NCBI GenBank assembly: GCA_951406725.2
Contig: OX597838.1
Span: 3,720,001 to 3,784,000 of the forward strand
Reading direction: 5' to 3'
Source: Octopus vulgaris
Taxonomy: Eukaryota
Length of the DNA stretch: 64,000 nt
The position numbers and the translations under genes are program-made. Below, one piece after another: positions 54,906-64,000 of the stretch; within the stretch, counting starts at the first letter, position 1, and every line of letters starts with the position of its first letter. The notes under the pieces were generated by a model that was not told the DNA's origin, did not search any database, and saw nothing but the letters and a program-made list of their open reading frames with translations.

Positions 54906-55930
54906 CACCGAGGTCGACTTTGCCTTTCTTCCTTTCAGGGGCAATAAAATAGATACCAGTTGAATACTGGGGTCGATGTAACTGTCCAGCCTCCCGTCCC
55001 CAAACTTCGGGTCTTACATCTATAATAGAAAGAAAGAATTATCATTATCATCTTAAGGTGACGAGTCGCTGGAGCGTCGAACAAAAGTTCAAATCCCGAC
55101 GAGGTCAGCTTGACCGGACGCTTCATCGACCCCAGTCTTTCGGTGGTATTTTATTTTGCCCAACCTTCAGAAATATGAAAGAGAAAGTCAATCACGCTAT
55201 GTCCTTCCTGTTTTTAAGGAGAGAAAAGTGTGAGCGGGGAGGGATTTCGCTAATATTTCTACCAGGTCACGGTCGTGGTGGTGGTGGTGGTGGTGGTGGT
55301 GGTGGATGGTGGTGATGATGGTGGTGGTGGTGGTGGTGGTGTTAGTTGTGGTGATGATAATGGTAGATGTTGCGGTGGTAGTGGTAGTGTTGTTGTTGTT
55401 GCTGTTGGTGATGGATGGTGGTGATGATGATGATAATGATGGTGGTGGTTGTGGTGTTGGTGATTGTGGTGGTGGTGGCGGCGGTGGTAGCGGTGGATAG
55501 TGGTGATGATGATGATAGCGATGGCGGTGGTTATGGGGTTGGTGATAGTGATAGTGGGGTGTGGTGATTGTGGTGTTGGTGGTAGCGATGGTAGCGGTGG
55601 TGACACTAGTTGTAGATGGTGGTAGATGGTGGTGGTAATGATGATGATAACAGCGGTAAAACGAGCGATGGTGGTGGTGGTGGTGGTGGTGGTGGTGACA
55701 CTGGCTGTGATGATGATGATGCTGGTAGCCATGGTAGCAGTGGTAGTAGTAATGGAGATTATAGTAGAGGTGGTGCTGGTTGTGGTGGGGGTGTTGGTGA
55801 CATAAGCAACACGAATTATATGAAGGCCTCTTCACCTAATTAAGCAATTACATCATCATCTGATTAGCTAGATACTGACATTAGATATCATTAACATAAA
55901 CTACTACTGCTGCGGCCGCTGCTGCTGCTA

Positions 55931-56320
55931 CTGGCAGAAACGTTAGCACGCCGGACGAAATGCGTAGCCGTATTTCGTTTGCCGTTACGTTCTGAGTTCA
56001 AATTTCGCCGAGGTCGACTTTGCCTTCCATCCTTCCGGGGTCGATTAAATAAGTACCAGTTATGCACTGGGGTTGATATAATCGACTTAATCCGTTTGTC
56101 TGTCCTTGTTTGTCCTCTCTGTGTTTAGCCCCTTGTGGGTAGTAAAGAAATAGGTATTTCGTCTGCCGTTACGTTCTGAGTTCAAATTCCGCCGAGGTCG
56201 ACTTTGCCTTTCATCCTTCCGGAGTCGATTAAATAAGTACCAGTTATGCACTGGGGTCGATATAATCGACTTAATCCCTTTGTCTGTCCTTGTTTGTCCT
56301 CTCTGTGTTTAGCCCCGCGT
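55931..56320 (+). mobile_element. family B SINE with tandemly duplicated 3' ~180 bp
   Basis: gtatttcgt.tgccgttacgttctgag...gtgtttagcccc occurs at 55970 and again at 56154. Confidence 0.92.
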
Positions 56321-56378
56321 GGGGGGCCGGGTGTCAGCCATTATCCCTCAATCATTCTCTACCCTTCAGTGTGTCGAC

Positions 56379-56883
56379 ATGCTAACCATTGATGAACGTC
56401 CATTTTTAGTTGAATGGATGTTTCGAGCTGGAAACAAATACACATATACTGTGAAACAGAAATTCAGTGAAACTCTTCCAAATACTGTTTGTTCCACATC
56501 GTGACACTATGTGAGGGATTTGATAAGAAAATTTAGAAACACAGGAGGCTCAGTGGAAGACGCAGCAAGAAGCGGTAGGCCTACTTTTCTTTCAGACGAA
56601 ACCACTCTCCAATATTTCTGAAAAACTGTTGGCAAAACCGGGAAAGTCCTTACGTAAATTGTCACCGGAAACGGAAATCAGCCTAGGAAGTGCTCACACG
56701 GCAGTAAGGAAGAAATTAAATTTTATGTATTGAAAACGAAGGACGACACTTTCAACGCTTCTTATAAAGTTTTTTTTTTTTTTTTTTTAAGTCTTGTAAA
56801 GTCTAATATTCTTTTATAGTCTTATACCACCTTAGAAATATTTATTGTGCAATAAAATACTGTGAGAGACTTTTTGAACACTC

Positions 56884-56887
<4 letters not shown>
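56379..56887 (+). mobile_element. internally deleted Tc1/mariner-superfamily element (DUF4817-type HTH N-terminus)
   Basis: MLTIDERPFLVE...KFSETLPN..PHRDT.VRDLIRKFRNTGGSVEDAARSGRP...PGKSLRKLSPETEISLGSAHTAVRKKL joined to the C-terminal CIENEGRHFQRFL*; 3' TIR gagactttttgaacactctgTA. Confidence 0.85.
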
Positions 56888-56975
<88 letters not shown>

Positions 56976-57210
56976 CGCACACATACACACGGTCTGTTAA
57001 AACCATTATTGTGGTTGCTAAGGATTTGAGACAGTTTCCATGGTAACCGTTTCTAATTAGTTTGTAAGTGTTGCTCACCTCTCCCCATCCACCATCGACA
57101 TGACGACGATGACGACAACCACCACCACCACCACATCCCCCTCCACCAATACCATAACAACATACAGCAACAACATAACCTACACCCACAATTTGGGTAT
57201 ACCACCTGCA

Positions 57211-57253
<43 letters not shown>

Positions 57254-57521
57254 TGCGTGTGTGTGCTCGCGGAGACGAGGTGTGTAAATGCGCATGAGTA
57301 ACCATACTTTTAGTTCACACATGCACATGTACACACACACACATATAAAAATTTGCGTGTGTATGTGTTTGTGCGTATATATATATATACATATATATAT
57401 ATACATACATATATACTTTATTTAAAAGCATATTACTCTACCCCTGGTATTTGAGTACTCTTTTTTCCACCTCGTTTCACATTTATGTGTTTACTCCGGT
57501 ACATACATATATATATATATA

Positions 57522-57617
<96 letters not shown>

Positions 57618-57779
57618 TTATACCTATACATATATAATATATATACATATGCATAGAAGTTTCTACACGAAATACTTACAACAAAGTGAAAAACGTTGCT
57701 GGGAGCAACCAAAGACCATTTTATGATGGTCGTTGAATTTGAAAGAATGGATGAAAATTACTTGGAATTTAAGCAAAGT

Positions 57780-57935
57780 CGATCATTTCGAAATACAAAA
57801 TCGTCTCCACATGAATTCACTAACAACAGGACTCAGATTAACGGCTTAATCCTCGAGATGAGATCAGAGTGTTGGCACTCTAGATACATTTTCAAAAACT
57901 AAGCTGTCACCACACCTAAAGGAAATTTGATAACT
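57780..57935 (+). mobile_element. possible CR1/L2 LINE 3' remnant
   Basis: TLDTFSKTKLSPHLKEI resembles the ..FK..L..HL C-terminus of CR1/L2 ORF2; very decayed. Confidence 0.25.
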
Positions 57936-59097
57936 TTTGGGATTTATATATAAATAAATAAATAAATAAATAAATAAATATCTATATATATATATATATG
58001 AAACTGGGGAATATTCTAGTTACAAAGAGCTGCGTGACTTCCGACAAGGAAGCCATCGTCATGACAAGCCTTGCATTGTGATATGACATGACACTCTGGT
58101 AATCTACACCACCCTGGGCCGATTTGTTTGTTTTGTGTTTTGCATAGAAATTTAAACAATCATAATGTCGGAGCCACCACGTGTGTACTCAGCCTGCTAG
58201 ATATAGCAACCAAATCTTCCTCGAGTCACACCTTATTGCCTTAGGAGGTAATTGGGTTGGCTTGAGACCAGACAACAGCTACAACAACCACATCAATAAA
58301 AACAACAACCACACCAATAACAACAACAACGACAGTAAGAACAACAACAACAACTACCGCTGCCATCACTGCCACCACCGCCTCCTCCGCCGCCGTCACC
58401 GCCGCCGCCACCGCCGCTACTTCTGCCATCTCCATCCACTGCAACAACCAACAGAGGGATAAATTTCCAAACACTAACACTTCTATCTCCACCCTCACTA
58501 CCATTCCGTGAATTGCCCACCACCACTACTACCACCACCACCACCACTGCCACCGCCGCCGCCATCGTCAAATATCACCAACTCCACCAGGTATCCACAC
58601 CCTATCCGTAACTATTAAAAAGAAATCTCCTAATAGATAAAAAAAAATCTCCTAATAGTTTTGCACCAGTAGTAGGTTGTACAGATATATATCTACCAAG
58701 TCTTCGAGACCATTTCCTATCTACGTAGATTGTCTACTTAGAGATATATGGATAGATCAACGTAGATTAAGCCACTTGAAGAGATAAAGATAGGTATACC
58801 AACCAACTACCATTTGAAGCCTGACCGTCTGAGAACGCCTTTAACTCTAAGGTACAAACATCCGGTTTTGAAGTGATCAAAATTAAAAACTTCCGTGACA
58901 TGTTAATTTATGCTCGAAAAATGCTACCAGTTGATAAGCACACGGCTATTTTACAGAATTCTTCACTATTTTCTAAATTAAGTGGCTCTGTGGTAAGTAG
59001 CTCGCTTACGAACCGCATGGTTCCGGGCTCAGTCCCACTGCGTGGCTCCTTGGGGCCAATGTCTTCTACTATAGCCTCGGGCCAACCAAAGCTTTGA

Positions 59098-59192
59098 ATC
59101 AAAACGGTTTGATTCAAGTGCGTTGGTACTCGTGAGTTTCAAGCGTGATGCTTGTCGTCAGTCATTTTCAATTTGAATCAAACCGTTTTGAT
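59098..59192. repeat. 95-bp element with 20-bp perfect inverted ends
   Basis: atcaaaacggtttgattcaa (59098-59117) and ttgaatcaaaccgttttgat (59173-59192). Confidence 0.8.
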
Positions 59193-59203
59193 ACATATAT
59201 ATA

Positions 59204-59314
<111 letters not shown>

Positions 59315-59317
59315 TGC

Positions 59318-59361
<44 letters not shown>

Positions 59362-59655
59362 TTATTAATTATTGTAATTATTATTATTATTCATATTATA
59401 TATATATCGCTTACTTGTTTCTGCCATTTTATTGCGGCCTTGCTGGGGCATTACCTTGAACGGTTTTAGTGGAATGGATTGACGTCAGTATTTATTTTGA
59501 AAATTCACTCAGCCTTTTTTTATATTTCTTTGCTGCACTGTTATTTGACGGGGCCGTAAACAAACCAACATCAGTTGTGAAACGTTATTTTGGAGACAAA
59601 CACAGAGACAATGATATACTTATGAACATACTTACATTCAGATATATGTATTTAT

Positions 59656-59696
<41 letters not shown>

Positions 59697-60403
59697 TATA
59701 TATATTCGTTGAGTTTTGACTTATTTCCCGCCTATCAAATTCAGGGTATTGGTCCGCTCGGAATTAGAGTAGAAGACATTTGCTAGATAGATAGATAGAT
59801 AGATAGAGAGAGAAAGAGAGAAAGATAGATAGATAGATAGATAAATAATTAGATTATCTACTTACATGTGTGTGTGTGTGTGTGTGTGTTACTCGTTTGC
59901 CTGAAAAATGAGATATGGTGGCTATAATATTAGATGTTTTATACATACATATATATGTGTGTTTGTGTGTGGGTTTACATATATGTGTATATACATATAC
60001 ATACATAAAATAAACACGTGCACACACACTCATATGTATATATGTATGTATATTATCTAATTAAGTATATATATAGATAGCTATTTCAATATATTTTCAT
60101 ATCTTATCAGGGTAGATCCCAAACTGTTTTTAGGTCAATTTCTTACAGTCAATACGCCTCTCCCAACACGCCTACCTCCATTGCTACCACTACAAAATAC
60201 TTTTCGCTTCCAGTTCCCTGTTTTTTCTCACCCCTTTATTCTAACCCGCAAAAGAAACCTTCACAACCCACTTTTTCTTCCCCCACCATCCAACACTCTC
60301 TTTATATATGTGTAAAAGAGCACATATGAGATGGTTTTACAAAGTTTCCCGCCCGGGCCTCACAAAAGTACACCAGTACTCTAGTATATATTTGTATGTA
60401 TGT

Positions 60404-60446
<43 letters not shown>

Positions 60447-60550
60447 TAAAGTTAATCCAAACATGAAAACACAAAGAAAAACACAACAACGCGAGGACGT
60501 GGAACAAGTATAGTATTATTGGACGCTCAGGAAAGAAGGAAAGAAGGAAG

Positions 60551-60585
60551 ATTTAACGTTTCGAGCGGAGCTCTTCGTCGGAAAC
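60551..60585 (-). ncRNA. minimal hammerhead motif (CCGACGA core variant) in a (TA)n-flanked element at 60448-60662
   Basis: Minus strand GUUU-CCGACGA-A-GAGC(ucc)GCUC-GAAAC-GUU-AAAU. Confidence 0.55.
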
Positions 60586-60687
60586 ATAGGAGAAGGAAAG
60601 ATCCAAAGAAGGGAAGACAGAGGAAAAAAATCGCCAACGGTACACACGCGGTCACATTTTGAATATATATATGTATATGTATATATG

Positions 60688-61076
60688 TGGAAGCACTCCG
60701 TCGGTTACGACGACGAGGGTTCCGGTTGATCCGAATCAACGGAACAGCTTGCTCGTGAAATTAACGTGTAAGTGGCTGAGCACTCCAGAGACACGTGTAC
60801 CCTTAACGTAGTTCTCAGGGATATTCAGCGTGACACAGAGAATGACAGGGCCGGCCCCTTGAAATACAGGTACAACAGAAACAGGAAGTAAGAGTGGAGT
60901 GAGAGAAAGTTGAGGCGAAAGAGTACAACAGGGGTCGCCACCACCCCCTGCCGGAGCCTCGTGGAGCTTTAGGTGTTTTCGCTCAATAAACACACACAAC
61001 GCCCGGTCTGGGAATCGAAACCGCGATCCTATGACCGCGAGTCCGCTGCCCTAACCACTGGGCCATTGCGCCTCCA
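60688..61076 (-). mobile_element. tRNA-SINE family C, full length
   Basis: Head ggaggcgcaatggcccagtggttagggc...ggtttcgattccc on the minus strand. Confidence 0.88.
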
Positions 61077-61099
61077 CATATGTATATATATATAGAGAG

Positions 61100-61152
<53 letters not shown>

Positions 61153-61554
61153 TATATATATATATACACACCTGCAGACACACACATGGATTCACGCATA
61201 CCACACACATACAAATATATGATACACACACGTGTATATTTTTACGTATCAGCTGCCAGCAAAGTGTTTCTGATGTCAATTGTTCTATGCAATAATGTTA
61301 CGTCGCTAATCTTGGGTTCGTATTTAAGCAATGCGTTCGTGTATGGTTGACGGGGTTGATGGAATGCTGATGAAAGAACAATAACTGCTCAGATATGCAC
61401 ATCCACCCATCACCTAGTTTTCTTTTTCTGTATCTTCGATTGCATTGTTTAGATAAAAGGCATTCGTATACGAAACATCGCAACTCACAGAGTGACTCTG
61501 AATTCTATAGATAATCTGAAGAGATAAACTGACAAATTATATATATATATATAC

Positions 61555-61760
61555 ATACGACGGGCTTCTTTCAGTTACCGTCAACCAAATCCACTCACAA
61601 GGCTTTGGTCGGCTCGAGGCTATAGTAGAAGACACTTGTCGAAGGTGCCATGCAGTGCGAGTGAACCCAGAACCACGAAGTTGTTGGTAAGCAAGCTACT
61701 TACCACACAGCCACTCCTCCGCTTATATATATGTATGTATACATATATATATATATATGT

Positions 61761-61827
<67 letters not shown>

Positions 61828-62252
61828 AATATATATATACTCTTTTACTCTTTTACTTGTTTCAGTCATTTGACTGCGGCCATGCTGGAGGACCGCCTTT
61901 AGTCGAGCAAATCGACCCCGGGATTTATTCTTTTGTAAGCCCAGTACTTATTCTATCGGTCTCTTTTTGCCGAACCGCTAAGTGACGGGGACATAAACAC
62001 ACCAGCATCGGTTGTCAAGCAATGCTAGGGGGACAAATACAGACACACAAACATACACGCACACACATACATATATATATACATATATACGACAGGCTTC
62101 TTTTAGTTTCCGTCTACCAAATCCACTCACAAGGCATTGGTCGGCCCGGGGCCATAGCAGAAGACACTTGCCCAAGATGCCACGCAGTGGGACTGAACCC
62201 GGAACCATGTGGTTGGTAAGCAAGCTACTTACCACGCAGCCACTCCTGCGCC
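61555..62252 (-). mobile_element. two family A SINEs (5' half at 61555-61723; full copy at 61838-62252)
   Basis: Reverse complements of family A. Confidence 0.92.
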
Positions 62253-62355
<103 letters not shown>

Positions 62356-62401
62356 GGAAAAAGGCAAGGTAGAAAATGCTAAAATAATTTTTAAAACAAC
62401 A

Positions 62402-62443
62402 TTCCAGTACCGGTTTCCGTCATTGAAACTTCTTCAACTGAAA
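62402..62443 (-). ncRNA. minimal hammerhead motif (UUGAAGA core variant)
   Basis: Minus strand UUCAG-UUGAAGA-AGUU(ucaau)GACG-GAAAC-CG-GUA-CUGGA; stem III is the palindrome ACCGGU. Confidence 0.55.
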
Positions 62444-62709
62444 GCATGGAAAACAAGACTTTTAAAAGAATATTTGCATATCATTCGAATACAATGGGCA
62501 TTTTCCTTGTTTCTAGCTGTCTTTGTCTCTCAACCCACAAGAGTGAACAAGAGAGACAGAGAAATTCTCTAAGGAACAAGAACCCAGGTTCGAAATTTCC
62601 CCTAGAAACGTTGTGTTAACAACAAACAAAACGAGGACAAATAACCGCCGAATGTAAATAATGTAAATAATGTAAATAATGTAGATAATTCCTCATCTCT
62701 TAAATATAG

Positions 62710-62757
<48 letters not shown>

Positions 62758-62963
62758 TTAATCACATATGTTTCGTATATTTCGTGTATGTATGTATTTG
62801 TTTGTCTGTGTTTGTTCCCCACCATCGCTTGATAACCGATGTTGGTGTATTTGCATCCCCGTAATAGCGGTTTGGTAAAAGAGACCAACAGAATCGGAAC
62901 TAGGTTTACAAAGAATAAGTCCTGGGGTCGATTTGTTCGACTAAAGGCTGTGCTCTAGCATAC

Positions 62964-63220
62964 TCCCGCGATAGATGAAAATCCGCGAAGTAGAAACAGT
63001 ACACTACTGTATTTTTTTTAACATTATTTTTATAATTTGCATATATTTATTTTATTATGAATGCAAAACAACACTACGAAGGAATCGGCGTAAACTTAAA
63101 CGATAGGTGAACCGCGATAGATGAACCGCGATAGATGAACCACGATACGTGAACCGCGATATATGAACCACGATAGGTAAACCGAGAAGATGGCTCGCGA
63201 TATAGCGAGGGATTACTGTA
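62964..63220. mobile_element. pogo/Tigger-like MITE 3' end with a 14-bp subterminal tandem repeat
   Basis: TIR cgcgatatagcgagggattactgTA; gatagatgaaccgc units at 63102-63185. Confidence 0.75.
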
Positions 63221-63813
63221 TACATGTGTGTGTGTGCGTGTGCGTGTGTGTGTGTGTGCGTGTGTGCGTGTGTGTGCGTGTGTGTGTCTGTGTGTGTGCG
63301 TACGTGTGTGTGTGTGTGTGTGCGTGCGTGTGTGTGTGTGTGTGTGCGTGCGTGTGTGTGTGAGTGTGTGTGTCTGTGTGTGTGTGCGTGTGTGTGTGTG
63401 CGTGCGTGTGTATGTGCGTGTGTGTGTGTGTGCGTGTGTGTGTGTCTGTGTGCGTGCGTGTGTGTGTGTGTGTGTGTGCACGTGTGTGTGTGTGTGCACG
63501 TGTGTGTGTGTGTAGATACATGTATATCCGTATGAATATATTTATGCATGTGTGTGTGCGTGGTTCTACATATGAACGTATGGCGCACTTTTGCATATTT
63601 TTCTACGAATTTCACGCTGACGTTTTTATTGATGGTCTTGTTGTTGTTGTTGTTGTTGTTGTTGCTGCTGTTGTTGCTGTCGTTTCGAGTGTTGTGCATG
63701 TCTATGCGCGCCCATTTACTCATTGAGGTTTGTGTATGTGAATGTATGCGTATAAGTGTGTATGTGTGTGTATTTGCATATTCGTGTATGGATGTATATA
63801 TATGTCGGTGTGT

Positions 63814-63896
<83 letters not shown>

Positions 63897-63914
63897 TGTG
63901 TGTGTGTATGGATG

Positions 63915-63947
<33 letters not shown>

Positions 63948-64000
63948 CTGTGTGTGTGTGTGTGTGTGTTTGTGTGTCTATGTGTGTCTGTGTGTGTGTG
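63221..64000. repeat. (TG)n/(TGCG)n microsatellites
   Basis: Directly visible. Confidence 0.9.

Overview
This is eukaryotic, AT-rich DNA saturated with microsatellites. The microsatellite load and tRNA-SINE repertoire suggest an octopus-like coleoid cephalopod, which is inference only. No complete protein-coding gene is present, and almost all long ORFs in the track are simple-repeat translations. Supported content: (i) dozens of copies of three tRNA-derived SINE families; (ii) decayed Penelope-like element (PLE) GIY-YIG fragments, an RTE LINE 3' end with a twin-priming-type inversion, and several Tc1/mariner, pogo, hAT and Helitron-like remnants; (iii) minisatellites and local direct and inverted duplications; (iv) one good candidate start-codon exon (12765-12850, MERINVA), which suggests the rest of the window may be a giant intron holding regulatory islands. 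The most notable signal is a set of unrelated short, mostly (TA)n-embedded elements that each carry a minimal type I hammerhead-ribozyme motif, most with a palindromic stem III (about 5 well formed, about 5 decayed). One fuses a Pol III tRNA-like head, preceded by its own inverted copy, to a hammerhead tail. Together they point to a non-autonomous, ribozyme-bearing retroelement system that may be PLE-driven.
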